Origin: an uncultured Candidatus Saccharibacteria bacterium
GTDB taxonomy: Bacteria > Patescibacteriota > Minisyncoccia > Phycocordibacterales > Phycocordibacteraceae
DNA: 64,000 nucleotides
Assembly: GCA_964652615.1 (NCBI GenBank)
Contig: CAZZAT010000001.1
Span: 284,337 to 348,336, forward strand
Direction: 5' to 3'
Positions within the stretch are counted from its first letter, which is position 1; each line of letters starts with the position of its first letter. Below are positions 7,614-18,011 of the stretch, piece after piece. Under the pieces are notes generated by a model, which saw only the letters and a list, made by a program, of their open reading frames with translations, did no database searches and had not been told where the DNA came from. Position numbers and translations under genes: made by a program.

Positions 7614-10600
7614 ATGTCGTACCTCGATACCTTAAATACCGCACAAAAAGAGGCAGTCGAGACAACAGAAGGGCCGGTGATGGTGCTTGCTGGAGCTGGG
7701 AGCGGAAAAACAAAAGTCCTCACTACCCGCATCTACCACCTTATACGTTCCCATATTCTTCCGGAACGTATTCTGGCCATAACCTTTACCAATAAGGCTG
7801 CACGCGAGATGCGAGAGCGCCTCGGAAGCTTGCTTCAAACCGAGCTTGCGGTGTGGAAAAGGGAAGGGACGCCCTTTGTGGCAACTTTTCACGGACTGGG
7901 ACGCGAACTCCTTGAAGTGTACGGACGTCCCCTTGGTATCTCGCGCCATTTCACTATTTTTGATCGAGATGATTCTGAACGCGCAATAAAAGGGGCGCTC
8001 AAAGAGCTTGGTATCGATCCAAAAGAAGTAGCGCCTCGCTCTATTTTGGCGCGCATCAGCAAAGCAAAAGGAGAAGGACAGGACCGAGAGTCCTTTTCCG
8101 CAAAGCAAGCAAAAGAAAGTTTCAAGAGCCGCCTCACCGCTGATATTTGGCGCCTCTACGAAGCGGAACTCGCCAAAGAGAAAGCAGTTGATTTTGACGA
8201 CCTTATCGCGCTTCCCGTAAGACTTCTTGAAAACTATCCTGAGGTGCGCGCTGCTATTCAGGAACGCTTTCACTACCTGCATATCGACGAGTATCAAGAC
8301 ACGAGTGCCCTTCAGGGAAGACTCGTGCGCCTTATCGCTGGAGAACGACAAAATGTATTTGTCGTAGGCGATATCGATCAATGTCTTACACGTGGTACAC
8401 GCATTACCATGGCAGACGGATCCAAAAAAAATATCGAACACCTGCGAAAAGGAGATGAGGTTCTCTCAAACTTCGGAAGCGGCACTCTCAAAGCAGCTCG
8501 AGTGCAGCGAATTAAACAGAAGCGCCATACAAAACAACTGATACGCATTACCACACGCGGGAAGAAAACATTGACCAGTACGCCAGAACACATTCATTTT
8601 GCTGGATTTCGCCTTGGTCTCACACCACAACTTTATTTCACATATCTGATGTATAAGCAGGGAGTAGGGTGGCGCCTTGGCGTGTCACAAACATACACAA
8701 AAGGGCAACGCCTCCCTATGATTGGATTTCAGCAACGCTGCAACCATGAACACGGAGATGCTGTGTGGGTGGTTGGGGTATACACAACTCCGCAAGAAGC
8801 GCGCCTCAACGAATACACTCTTTCTCTTGCGTACCGTTTACCTACCCTCCCGTTTGTTGCTCGAAAAGGAACTACTGGAGGTTATGTACATGATCAGAAA
8901 ATAATCGATGGCGTTTTTGCAACATTCGACACAGAATCTGGTGCCCACATGCTTATGCGTGATAAAGGGCTTTCACGTGCATACCCGCATCATCGCGCGC
9001 AAGCAACAAGAAGCGACCGTAAAAACGCCGTGATTACCCTCTGCGGAAATAACCAAGGATCGGCTGCTCTACATCGTATTTCTATTGTCAGCAACGATGT
9101 GCTTACTGGAAAGAATCTTCAGGAGGCTGGGTTCTCTGTGCGACAAGCCAAAGCCGGATCGCAAAGTTGGAGATTTGAAACAGCGCACACCGACTACGGC
9201 GTACTACAGGAACGGTTGCTCCACCTTACGAAACTCATCCCTACGCTCCATGTCGTACAAAACGCTCGCTTAGGAGGACTGAAGAAAAATCCAAAAGATG
9301 GAAACTCTCTCCCATTCCTTCCTGCAGGATCGGTACTTCCCGGCATGGCAGTATTTGATGAAACAACAGGATACGACATCGTTGAAACCGTAGAGCACAT
9401 TACAGAAAAAAACGCTGTTGTATTTGATATTGATATTGAGAAAACACACAACTTCATTGCAAATGGCATCTTCACTCATAACTGCATCTATACTTGGCGA
9501 AGCGCAACTATTGAAAACCTGCTTGAGTTTGAAAACGAATATCAAAACGCCAAAAGTATCGTGCTTGAACACAACTACCGCTCTTCAAAAACTATTGTGG
9601 ATGCGGCTAATCAAGTCATCGAGAAGAACCGTAACCGTAAAGAAAAACGAAGCATAACCTCAAACGATGTCGGGGAACCCATACGCATACACATGGCGGG
9701 AACCGCTGACACTGAAGCGCGCTTTGTAGCAAAAGAAGCAGGGAAGTGTATAGAAGAAGGCACCTCTCCCGAGGATATAGCTGTCTTGTATCGTACAAAT
9801 TTTCAAAGCCGTGCACTCGAAGAAGCGTTTTTGCAGGCAGGCATTAGCTACCGACTTCTTGGCACCCAATTTTATGACCGCAAAGAAGTGAAGGACGTGC
9901 TTTCGTGGGTACGACTCTCACTTGATACCGAGCGCGAAGCTGACCGTATGCGCGCCGTACAGTTTCCTGCTCGCGGTATCGGAAAGGTCACGCTCGGCAA
10001 GCTTGCATCAGGTGCACGCGACGCTCTTAAACCAAGCGAGCGTGCAAAAGTAGAAGCGTTTGAGGAAACGCTTGCAAAACTTGGCGCGGCAGCGGACACA
10101 CTTCCTCCTTCCGAGTTCATTCGCCTTGTCATAGAAGAAAGCGGTATGCGTGCTACGTACGAAAAAGGCGGAGATGATGACGCGGAACGCCTTGAAAACG
10201 CAAAAGAGCTCGCAACGATTGCAAGCAGACACGACGGCACGCCAGGGAAGGAAGGTATCGCGGCATTTCTTGCTGACGCTGCGCTTGCAGGAGACCAAGA
10301 CGAGCTCGACAGGAAAAAGGAAAAGAAGGGAGTAACCCTCCTTACCATTCATGCTGCGAAAGGGCTTGAGTACAAGACGGTATTTATCACAGGGCTTGAA
10401 GAAGGACTCTTCCCGCATGAAGGTATGGGAGACGAGGAGCGTGATGAAGAAGAGGAACGACGGCTCTTCTATGTCGCACTTACGAGAGCCAAGGAGCGCT
10501 TGTATCTTACGCTTGCGCGAGTACGCCGCATATACGGCACCGACTATCTCCAAGAACCTTCTTCTTTTTTGCAGGACATAGATGCGTCCCTTGTCCTCTA

Positions 10601-10640
10601 TGCACACGAGGAAGCGTATGAACCCACTATTTCGCTATAA
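7614..10640 (+). CDS. uvrD: UvrD/PcrA-family DNA helicase containing an intein
   Basis: Walker A AGAGSGKTKV; motifs FTNKAAREM, DEYQDT, FVVGDIDQ|...|CIYTWRSA (motif III split by the insert), LEHNYRSS, TIHAAKGLEY. Confidence 0.9.
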   Translation: MSYLDTLNTAQKEAVETTEGPVMVLAGAGSGKTKVLTTRIYHLIRSHILPERILAITFTNKAAREMRERLGSLLQTELAVWKREGTPFVATFHGLGRELLEVYGRPLGISRHFTIFDRDDSERAIKGALKELGIDPKEVAPRSILARISKAKGEGQDRESFSAKQAKESFKSRLTADIWRLYEAELAKEKAVDFDDLIALPVRLLENYPEVRAAIQERFHYLHIDEYQDTSALQGRLVRLIAGERQNVFVVGDIDQCLTRGTRITMADGSKKNIEHLRKGDEVLSNFGSGTLKAARVQRIKQKRHTKQLIRITTRGKKTLTSTPEHIHFAGFRLGLTPQLYFTYLMYKQGVGWRLGVSQTYTKGQRLPMIGFQQRCNHEHGDAVWVVGVYTTPQEARLNEYTLSLAYRLPTLPFVARKGTTGGYVHDQKIIDGVFATFDTESGAHMLMRDKGLSRAYPHHRAQATRSDRKNAVITLCGNNQGSAALHRISIVSNDVLTGKNLQEAGFSVRQAKAGSQSWRFETAHTDYGVLQERLLHLTKLIPTLHVVQNARLGGLKKNPKDGNSLPFLPAGSVLPGMAVFDETTGYDIVETVEHITEKNAVVFDIDIEKTHNFIANGIFTHNCIYTWRSATIENLLEFENEYQNAKSIVLEHNYRSSKTIVDAANQVIEKNRNRKEKRSITSNDVGEPIRIHMAGTADTEARFVAKEAGKCIEEGTSPEDIAVLYRTNFQSRALEEAFLQAGISYRLLGTQFYDRKEVKDVLSWVRLSLDTEREADRMRAVQFPARGIGKVTLGKLASGARDALKPSERAKVEAFEETLAKLGAAADTLPPSEFIRLVIEESGMRATYEKGGDDDAERLENAKELATIASRHDGTPGKEGIAAFLADAALAGDQDELDRKKEKKGVTLLTIHAAKGLEYKTVFITGLEEGLFPHEGMGDEERDEEEERRLFYVALTRAKERLYLTLARVRRIYGTDYLQEPSSFLQDIDASLVLYAHEEAYEPTISL
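8382..9482 (+). other. Intein (367 aa) inserted in helicase motif III of UvrD
   Basis: Begins with Cys (CLTRGTRITMADG; block A), block B TLTSTPEHIHF, ends VVFDIDIEKTHNFIANGIFTHN followed by extein +1 Cys (CIYTW). The host motif GDxDQ/(S)IY(x)WRGA is reconstituted on excision. No clear LAGLIDADG or HNH motif in the central ~200 aa. Confidence 0.75.
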
Positions 10641-12258
10641 CCGAGAGGAGTACCGCGCCGACTAAAAATACAAACAGTACAGCAAATACGAGTTGTTCTC
10701 TATACGGCTGCAGAACACACGCAAGATACCCGAGAAGCGCGCACAAGGCGGCAAGATGCACAAGATAGGGCACGGCAAAAAAGAGCGGCGTTAAAAGGAA
10801 GGCGAGCGCGACAAGAACGCCCATAGAACGGAACGCTGCCTTTGTTCCAAAGCGTTTTTGTATAACCGTTGCAAGTGTTGCAATACCCTGCGAAGCATCA
10901 CCTTCAAGATCTTTCAGGTCTTTAAAGTTTGCAAAGAGCGTGTAGAAGAGCACGATGCCAAATACTAAAGAGACGGGGAAGATGCCGCTTTCTTTAAAGG
11001 GAATGGTATGGAAGAACCCTGCACACACTGCGGAAAGTGCAGCGAGGCCGATAATAAAGGAAGAAAAGAGGGGAACACGCTTTAACCGAAGCGGAGATGC
11101 AGAGTACGCATAGTATGCGGCCGTGAATGAAAGGAGAAAGAAGAAGGAGTAGTAGCCTGATACCCAACCAGCAAGAAGCATGAGAAGAAATGCACATAGA
11201 GCCGCACTATGCATCTGGCTTCTGGTAAGTGTCCGCACTACCAAAGGACGCTCTTTGTTTGATACCGCATCAATTGCTTCGTCTTCAAGATCGTTTATTA
11301 CGACCGCATAGTAGCAGGCGGCACACCAAGCAACGGCGAGTGTAGTGAGCGTAAGCAGGTCAGCCCACCCGTACGCATACCCGCCGCTCATGAAGTAGCC
11401 AAGCAAAGCGCCGATACCAACAAGCATAAGTGCGTGCAGTACGCGAAGCGGGCGGAAGTTTCGGATATGCGCTCGTAGTGTGGGCGCACTATGGCAATAC
11501 GCAATAACAAGGCCGAGCACGGTTGCTATAAGCGTAAAGCATGCGGCCATAAGCGCATTGAACCCTGTTTCTATAGTGATAAGTGTTGATGCGGGTACGA
11601 GTGTTGCAGGTAGCGTGTTTCTTAGAAGCCCCGAGGAGTAAAAAGCGTCCTGTAGAAAAGCGAAGACACTGCCGCCAGACACATAGGTGCCAGAAAGTGC
11701 GTAGAGGACGCTTGGAAAGGAGCCGAATATAAAGACGGTCACATAGACTGCAGCACCTGCTACAAGAGCGCGCAGTATGTTTTTTGTGCGCAAGAAAATA
11801 TACACGGCAAAAAGCAGTGTTGCGAAAAAGAGCGTAATACGAACCCCAAGCGTGGCTCCTGTGTCAGAGAGAAAATCGAAAAAAGAAAAGAAGATGCGTA
11901 GAAGTTCCGGAGGAGAGACAATAAGATACACCAAGGAAGCGCCTTGGCCTCCCGTGGCAATAACATCGAATGTTGGAGGTATAAGAAGTACAAGAAGGCC
12001 AAAAAGGGCGACAGGAAGAGCTTTTGCGTAGTCGCGCAAAGCGGTTCCGAGAATGCACACAAACGCAAAGAAGAGTGCGAGGAAGTACGCGCTGTAGTGG
12101 ACAAGCGTCCAAGGGTCAACAGGGAAGAGACCGTTGCCACTCGGACTTGAAAAACCCTCAAGCAGTATGCGAAGTGCGACAATAGAAAGGAATGCGCCGA
12201 TAAGGCCTGCTGCAGTCAGACGTGTTGTTTCGAGGGCGTGTAAAAAGCGCTCCACCAT
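10627..12258 (-). CDS. UbiA-family prenyltransferase with a long N-terminal polytopic membrane extension
   Basis: C-terminal half carries UbiA Asp-rich motifs VINDLEDEAID and KDLKDLEGD. Start placed at the internal ATG 12258 to avoid a 300-nt overlap with ksgA. Confidence 0.6.
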   Translation of the reverse strand: MVERFLHALETTRLTAAGLIGAFLSIVALRILLEGFSSPSGNGLFPVDPWTLVHYSAYFLALFFAFVCILGTALRDYAKALPVALFGLLVLLIPPTFDVIATGGQGASLVYLIVSPPELLRIFFSFFDFLSDTGATLGVRITLFFATLLFAVYIFLRTKNILRALVAGAAVYVTVFIFGSFPSVLYALSGTYVSGGSVFAFLQDAFYSSGLLRNTLPATLVPASTLITIETGFNALMAACFTLIATVLGLVIAYCHSAPTLRAHIRNFRPLRVLHALMLVGIGALLGYFMSGGYAYGWADLLTLTTLAVAWCAACYYAVVINDLEDEAIDAVSNKERPLVVRTLTRSQMHSAALCAFLLMLLAGWVSGYYSFFFLLSFTAAYYAYSASPLRLKRVPLFSSFIIGLAALSAVCAGFFHTIPFKESGIFPVSLVFGIVLFYTLFANFKDLKDLEGDASQGIATLATVIQKRFGTKAAFRSMGVLVALAFLLTPLFFAVPYLVHLAALCALLGYLACVLQPYREQLVFAVLFVFLVGAVLLSVIAK

Positions 12259-12292
12259 AACATCTGCAGTATAGCGTGTTAGGATTGCGGCG

Positions 12293-13063
12293 ATGCGCGC
12301 TAAGAAAACACTCGGCCAGCACTTTTTGATGCATGCGCAAACCGCAAACCGTATTGTGCAGGCGGCTCCTCTTGAAGAAGGCGATACTGTCCTTGAAATA
12401 GGGCCCGGAAGAGGCATCCTGACGCGCGCCCTGCTTTCTCGTGCAAAGCGCGTTATTGCAGTTGAGGCTGATGCGGACCTTATTCCTCTGCTTGAAGAAA
12501 CCTTTAAAGAAGAGCAGGGCCTCACTCTCATACACCAAGATATCCGTGCGTTTAACCCTTCAACGATAGAAGGGGAGTATGCCGTAGTCGCCAATATTCC
12601 GTACTACATCACGGGAGAAATCATCCGCAGCTTCCTTTCAGCAAGCCATAAGCCGCGCTCCCTTACGCTTCTCGTACAAAAAGAGGTGGCGGTGCGCATT
12701 GCACGCGCAAAGAAAGAGAGTCTTCTTTCGCTCTCGGTAAAAGCATACGGGACGCCCCACTATACATTTACCGTACCTAAAGGAGCTTTCAAGCCGGCTC
12801 CCTCGGTTGATTCGGCTGTCTTGACCATACGCGACGTACAAAAAGATGCTTTTGCCTCAAAAAAGGAAGAGGAAGACTTCTTCAGCCTCCTCCACGCAGG
12901 ATTTGCACACAAACGAAAGCTCCTTGTGGGGAATCTTTCCGTACTTGCACCAAAAGAACGTGTGCTTGAAGCCTTTACAGAGGCTCATGTTGCAGAAAAA
13001 GCGCGTGCAGAGGATGTTCCACTTTCTTCGTGGCGGGTACTTGCAAAAAACCTAGGAAAATAA
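12293..13063 (+). CDS. rsmA: 16S rRNA (adenine1518/1519-N6)-dimethyltransferase
   Basis: KKTLGQHFL..., SAM-binding VLEIGPGRGILT, NIPYYIT motif. Confidence 0.9.
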   Translation: MRAKKTLGQHFLMHAQTANRIVQAAPLEEGDTVLEIGPGRGILTRALLSRAKRVIAVEADADLIPLLEETFKEEQGLTLIHQDIRAFNPSTIEGEYAVVANIPYYITGEIIRSFLSASHKPRSLTLLVQKEVAVRIARAKKESLLSLSVKAYGTPHYTFTVPKGAFKPAPSVDSAVLTIRDVQKDAFASKKEEEDFFSLLHAGFAHKRKLLVGNLSVLAPKERVLEAFTEAHVAEKARAEDVPLSSWRVLAKNLGK

Positions 13064-13110
13064 TGCACAGATAGCATACGTACTCTTCGCTTCTTGGTGC
13101 TATCATTGCC

Positions 13111-14043
13111 TTGACGAGCATGGCTGTTTCTACCAAAACAACAAGCATTCTCCTTTCCATCGTCATAGCGGCGGGTCTTATGGGAGTCGCCTTCTATTTC
13201 TCGGGAGCACGGCCAAACGTAGCTGATGCTGTTTCAACCGAAGAGCTTCTTCGCGCCTACGCAGAGAAAGACAGTGACAGCGACCTTCTTCCTGACTGGC
13301 AAGAAGCCCTTTATGGTTCAGACCCCCTAAACCCACGCTCGATAGACTCGTCCATGACCGATGGGGAAGCGGTTGCCGCAGGACGAGCTACGGTTTCTCT
13401 GCGTGAGGAAGTTTCACCAGAGCTTCCCGATATTCCAGGAGTTGAGGTGGAAGCAGATACCGTTACTGGTGCTTTTGGCCGCAAGCTCTTTACAGACTAC
13501 TTCGAAGCGCGCGGACAAAATCAACCCACAAGCGACGATATCATTGCGTTTGTAACGTCCGCTGCAGACACGCTCGCTATAGAAAACGACACGAGAGCCC
13601 GTTACAGCTCAAAAGACCTCACTATCGTGCAAGATAACAGCCAAGAAGCTTTGAAGGCATACGCTGCACGAGTAGCGTCTAGTGTCGTACGCCCATCAAT
13701 TGATGCGCCCCAAAACGAACTCTTCTACTTCTACGACTATGTGGCACTCAAAGATGAAGCTGCACTTCCTAAAGTCGCCGCGCTTGGAAAGTCCTACAAA
13801 GAAACTGCCGCTGCATATATGCGCATTCCTGTTCCTGCAATTGCCGCAGCTCCCCATCTCGAACTAGTGAACGCTCTCTATCGCACAGGAGAAGCGACTG
13901 AATACATGGCAGCTGTGAAAACCGATCCGCTTCTTGCGTTTCTCGGTATTGCACAGTACCAAACGGCAAGCGCCGCACTCCATGAAGCGCTCAAAAAATC
14001 CGTTGCTGTGTTTGTGGCAACGTTTCCTGCACAAACACCATGA
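13111..14043 (+). CDS. Membrane-anchored hypothetical protein, first gene of the T4SS-like operon
   Basis: N-terminal TM helix; no known domain; translationally coupled (ATGA overlap) to the next gene. Confidence 0.45.
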   Translation: MTSMAVSTKTTSILLSIVIAAGLMGVAFYFSGARPNVADAVSTEELLRAYAEKDSDSDLLPDWQEALYGSDPLNPRSIDSSMTDGEAVAAGRATVSLREEVSPELPDIPGVEVEADTVTGAFGRKLFTDYFEARGQNQPTSDDIIAFVTSAADTLAIENDTRARYSSKDLTIVQDNSQEALKAYAARVASSVVRPSIDAPQNELFYFYDYVALKDEAALPKVAALGKSYKETAAAYMRIPVPAIAAAPHLELVNALYRTGEATEYMAAVKTDPLLAFLGIAQYQTASAALHEALKKSVAVFVATFPAQTP

Positions 14044-15542
14044 GTACTTTCTCCTTCCGCACCATTCTCTCACTACTCCTTATAGGAGTGCTTTTCACGC
14101 CCGTAGCTCCTGCTAAAGCGCAATGGGTAACTTGGGACCCAGGAAACAACATTGCAAACTTCGGAGACTGGATCACTAATATATTTTCAAGTGTTTCTGA
14201 AGAGTCCACTGCCGTCACCTCTGCCCTTACTGAAGGTTCTACCGGTTCGCTCTTCACCAAGGAATACATTCTTGACCAGATAGCCTTCATTCTTGCAAAA
14301 GAAGCACTGCAGTCTGTTATCGACGAGGTGATTGATTTTTCTGGTTCAGGGTATGACGGAGCTCCGGCATTTGTAACAAACATTCGAAGTCACATGCTCG
14401 CGCTTGGCGACTTGGTTGCCGATGACTTTATAAACCAGTTTTTGTCAGAGGGCATGATTGATTCTCCATTTCGAAATACGATTAGCTCCTCGCTTCGAGG
14501 TGAATACTATCGCTCAACCGGACCTAACGCATACTTTAATGTAAATCGTTACACTCTTGACCAATTTTCGGATGATCCTGAAGCATTCTTGCGCGGTGAT
14601 TTCGGAAGAGGAGGTATTGAGGCTTGGATACAAACGTGGAGGAACCCGCAAAACAATCCGTTTGGCGCGTATGAGCGAGCAAATAGCGAGCTTTCGCGTC
14701 GCATTATTTCTGCGCAAACCGACCGCTCGTCAGAGCTTGATAGAAACAGCGGCTTCCTAAACTACTGTGAAGATCCTCCTGCAGATGCTTCAGAGGGGGA
14801 AGAAACTGCAGAAACAGAGGGAGAGGCAACGAGCCTTCAAGCGCCCGCTACAGGTGGGGGGCCTAAATGCCAAACCAAGACGCTTGGTTCAACACTTAAT
14901 GCTGCCCTTGAGAAGTCTATTGGTGCTCCTATCGATCAGTACGTGGAAGCTGATGAGTTGAATGAAGTGATGACTGCGCTTGTACAGGCACTTGTTACTT
15001 CCGTTTTCGAGGAAGGTATTACCGGTCTTGCAGAAGGAGAGGGGACGAGAAACAGGCCGGTTGGGGGCGCAACGGACATCATCAATACCATGCTTGGCCG
15101 TGCGCGCGATATCCGTGGCAAGATCGTGCAATACCAAGCAGACTGGCAGAAAATTGGTGCAAAAGCGCAAGAGGCTTCACAGCGCTGCCCTACAGATCCT
15201 CTCGTGCAGAGCACAGTATCAAAAGCGGCGGCGGCGGCGGTGAAGGTGGTCGATGCGCTTCCTGCGCTTGATGCAGTTATTCAAAAACTCCTCACACTTC
15301 AGAGTGGGGAAGTACTAAGCGATGAACTTCAGGAAGTGACTACTGAATACAACAGTCTTTCCAGTTCAGGTCGCCTACCTACCCCAGCAGAGCTAAGCGA
15401 AGCGAAGCTCGGTGCAGTCGATACTCCGCCACCTAACCCAGAGGTCGACCTTAGAGGACAAGTCACTGGCTCTTTGTATGACCAGATGGAAAACGCTGTT
15501 ACAACTGGTGTTTGCCCTACACCACCACCAACGACAACGTAG
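14040..15542 (+). CDS. Secreted hypothetical protein (signal peptide), T4SS-like operon
   Basis: Signal peptide LLLIGVLFTPVAPAKAQ; 500 aa; no recognisable catalytic motif. Confidence 0.5.
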   Translation: MSTFSFRTILSLLLIGVLFTPVAPAKAQWVTWDPGNNIANFGDWITNIFSSVSEESTAVTSALTEGSTGSLFTKEYILDQIAFILAKEALQSVIDEVIDFSGSGYDGAPAFVTNIRSHMLALGDLVADDFINQFLSEGMIDSPFRNTISSSLRGEYYRSTGPNAYFNVNRYTLDQFSDDPEAFLRGDFGRGGIEAWIQTWRNPQNNPFGAYERANSELSRRIISAQTDRSSELDRNSGFLNYCEDPPADASEGEETAETEGEATSLQAPATGGGPKCQTKTLGSTLNAALEKSIGAPIDQYVEADELNEVMTALVQALVTSVFEEGITGLAEGEGTRNRPVGGATDIINTMLGRARDIRGKIVQYQADWQKIGAKAQEASQRCPTDPLVQSTVSKAAAAAVKVVDALPALDAVIQKLLTLQSGEVLSDELQEVTTEYNSLSSSGRLPTPAELSEAKLGAVDTPPPNPEVDLRGQVTGSLYDQMENAVTTGVCPTPPPTTT

Positions 15543-15548
15543 CGCTAT

Positions 15549-18011
15549 ATGAAAAGCCTTCGTTTCGCACTATCCATGAGTCCGAAAGCTCTTATAGCGC
15601 ATAGTGTATTTTTCTCTTTGTTTGCATCTCTAGCATTCTTTGGCTTTAGTACACCCGCGTACGCAAGCTGCGGATTTGGAGATCTAGTTTGTGGCATTAT
15701 GAGCGGCGCTGGGAAGCTCTTCGCCACTTTTATCTTCGTGGTGGTACAGATTTTCGGTGTTCTTCTCGGCTGGATAAGTGCATTTTTTAACACTGCAGCC
15801 ATTGTTACCGTCTTCCAGTTTTCAAATTACTTCGGAAACTCCGAAGGACTCTTGCTTGCGTGGGGAATACTGCGCGACCTTGCAAATATCGTGATTCTCT
15901 TCGGCTTTGTCTTCATCGGCATCGGCACTATTTTGAATATTGGAAACTTCAGCGCAAAGAAAGCTCTCCCTTCTCTCCTTATTTTCGCGGTTCTTCTTAA
16001 CTTCAGCCTATTCGCCACCGAAGCAGTCATAGATGCATCAAATGCGATCGGATCATCATTCTTCGCGCAAGCAGGAGGAGTTGATTGCACCCTTAGCGCA
16101 AGCATCACGCAGTGTTCTGGACAGGGTATTGCAGGACATCTTTTGAGTGCTGTAGGTATCTCAAGCATCTTTGATCCTGACTCGTGGGGAGACGGCATTG
16201 GAGAAATAATGAACGCAGACGACGGTATTGCTGCGGCTGTACTCTATCTTGGTATTTTGATCCTCATTATCGTCATGTGTGCCATCATGTTTGCTGGTGC
16301 AATTATTCTCATTACCCGCGCGATTACACTAATGCTCCTCATGGTTACGTCTCCGCTTGGATTTGCGGGCATGGCCATTCCAGGACTCCAGAAACTAGGC
16401 AAGAAATGGTGGGACACGCTTCTTCAGAATGTTATCTTCGCACCTATCTTCGTCCTACTTATCCTTGTAGGACTTAAGGTCGCAGAGGGAATACGTACAG
16501 GACTTGTAGGGAACAGTTTTAGTATCACCGAAAAGCTTTCGGGGTCCGATCCTGTAGGTATAGGTACTGTCTTTGTTATGTTCGCACTTGTTATAGGTCT
16601 CTTTTGGGGAGCGCTTATGTTCGCAAAGCAGTCGGGCATCATTGGTGCAAGTGCAGTTGCAAGCGGTGCGATGAAATGGGCGGGGAATACAGCTGGTTCG
16701 TTCACCACTACACCTATTGGTATGGGTGCAAGAGCTCTGGAGAAGGGGTACGGAGGCGCAGCTCGAGCCGTACGTCGAGCAACACCATCTTTCGCACGCC
16801 CTGTACTTGCCGCACTCGGAGGTAACGCCATAGACAGTGGTATACGAGGCGCACTCGGTTCAGCACAAAAAGTCACTATACCTGGAACTGGTATGGATAC
16901 GTATGAGACGAGCCGTAAGCGCCGAGAAGACAGGTTCAAAGGAATGAACGAAGGAGACTCTCTTGACAAAAAGAAGGAACGTCTGAATAAAGCACTCGAG
17001 AGCGGTAATAAAGACGATATAAAAGCGGCTGTATCAAGTATGAGTGTTTCCCAACTCAAAGAGGGGGGCTACTTAGACGATGACAAAAAATCTAAAACTA
17101 TTGCAACTGCACTCGGAGCTCCAAAATTCAAGGAACTCATGGAGGATACGACTATCTCTAGTGGCATTAAAGATCGCATGAAGAAGGAGCGGTACGACAC
17201 TCTTGAAACAGCGGCTGATGCTGCTGTCCGCGATGCTAGAGCTGGGAATTTCGATACTATCGAGAAGTTCATGAAGGACACTGACGTTATTGATTTGAAA
17301 GAAATGAAGCACCTTAAAGACTCCGGTCGTGGAGCAGAACTTGAACTTATGGCTGGAGCTATGTCATCAACCAAATTCAAACAGTTTAACGAGGATAAAG
17401 AGGTTGATAGCGTTACAAAGAAACGCTTCCGCGATGCTCGCTATGAAGGACCAAGAGGTTTGAAGAAACGAATACGGGACGCTGCTGATACTACTAGGTC
17501 TCCAGCTGAAGTTGCTGCGGCTATTGAAGACGTATCGAAGTGGTCTGCAGAAGAATTCGAAACCTCTGGAGCCCTCTCTGATCCGACCCTAAGGGAGCAG
17601 GTTGCCCGTGTGATCTCTGATGACCAATACAAAGCTCTGCAAGCATCAAGCTCCATTGGTACAAGCACAAAGACAACCCTTGAAGGGTTGCGGGAAGATC
17701 CAACTAAAGACGGATCTCGATTCCATGCTCGGCATATCGATCACACGTTTAATAAAATTATTACGCGTCCGAGTGAGCGCGCCAAACTCCCAGGCAATAT
17801 TCTGGCTTCGTTGCAGGTAAGAAGTCGCTTGAAGCCAGCTGACTTTGTAGCTGTACAAAAAGCAGGTCGACTTGAAGAAGGAGATCGGCAACTTCTGGCC
17901 ACACGAGTTCAGGCGCTTGTTCGTGTTAATGACCCTGTCATGCTTGCACAAATTGGAAGACTTAAGGGTCGTGAACTTGCTCGATTTAAGGATTTCTATA
18001 ATCTTCCATGA
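15549..18011 (+). CDS. TrbL/VirB6-like polytopic membrane protein with a long charged C-terminal domain
   Basis: About 8 TM helices in the first ~400 aa, then a ~400-aa K/E/D-rich soluble domain; positioned next to PrgI/VirB4 genes. Confidence 0.45.
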   Translation: MKSLRFALSMSPKALIAHSVFFSLFASLAFFGFSTPAYASCGFGDLVCGIMSGAGKLFATFIFVVVQIFGVLLGWISAFFNTAAIVTVFQFSNYFGNSEGLLLAWGILRDLANIVILFGFVFIGIGTILNIGNFSAKKALPSLLIFAVLLNFSLFATEAVIDASNAIGSSFFAQAGGVDCTLSASITQCSGQGIAGHLLSAVGISSIFDPDSWGDGIGEIMNADDGIAAAVLYLGILILIIVMCAIMFAGAIILITRAITLMLLMVTSPLGFAGMAIPGLQKLGKKWWDTLLQNVIFAPIFVLLILVGLKVAEGIRTGLVGNSFSITEKLSGSDPVGIGTVFVMFALVIGLFWGALMFAKQSGIIGASAVASGAMKWAGNTAGSFTTTPIGMGARALEKGYGGAARAVRRATPSFARPVLAALGGNAIDSGIRGALGSAQKVTIPGTGMDTYETSRKRREDRFKGMNEGDSLDKKKERLNKALESGNKDDIKAAVSSMSVSQLKEGGYLDDDKKSKTIATALGAPKFKELMEDTTISSGIKDRMKKERYDTLETAADAAVRDARAGNFDTIEKFMKDTDVIDLKEMKHLKDSGRGAELELMAGAMSSTKFKQFNEDKEVDSVTKKRFRDARYEGPRGLKKRIRDAADTTRSPAEVAAAIEDVSKWSAEEFETSGALSDPTLREQVARVISDDQYKALQASSSIGTSTKTTLEGLREDPTKDGSRFHARHIDHTFNKIITRPSERAKLPGNILASLQVRSRLKPADFVAVQKAGRLEEGDRQLLATRVQALVRVNDPVMLAQIGRLKGRELARFKDFYNLP

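Noticed and set aside
10627-12594. Full 655-aa version of the UbiA-family ORF
   Set aside because: The first 112 codons would overlap 300 nt of the well-supported ksgA gene on the opposite strand, so the internal ATG at 12258 was used.
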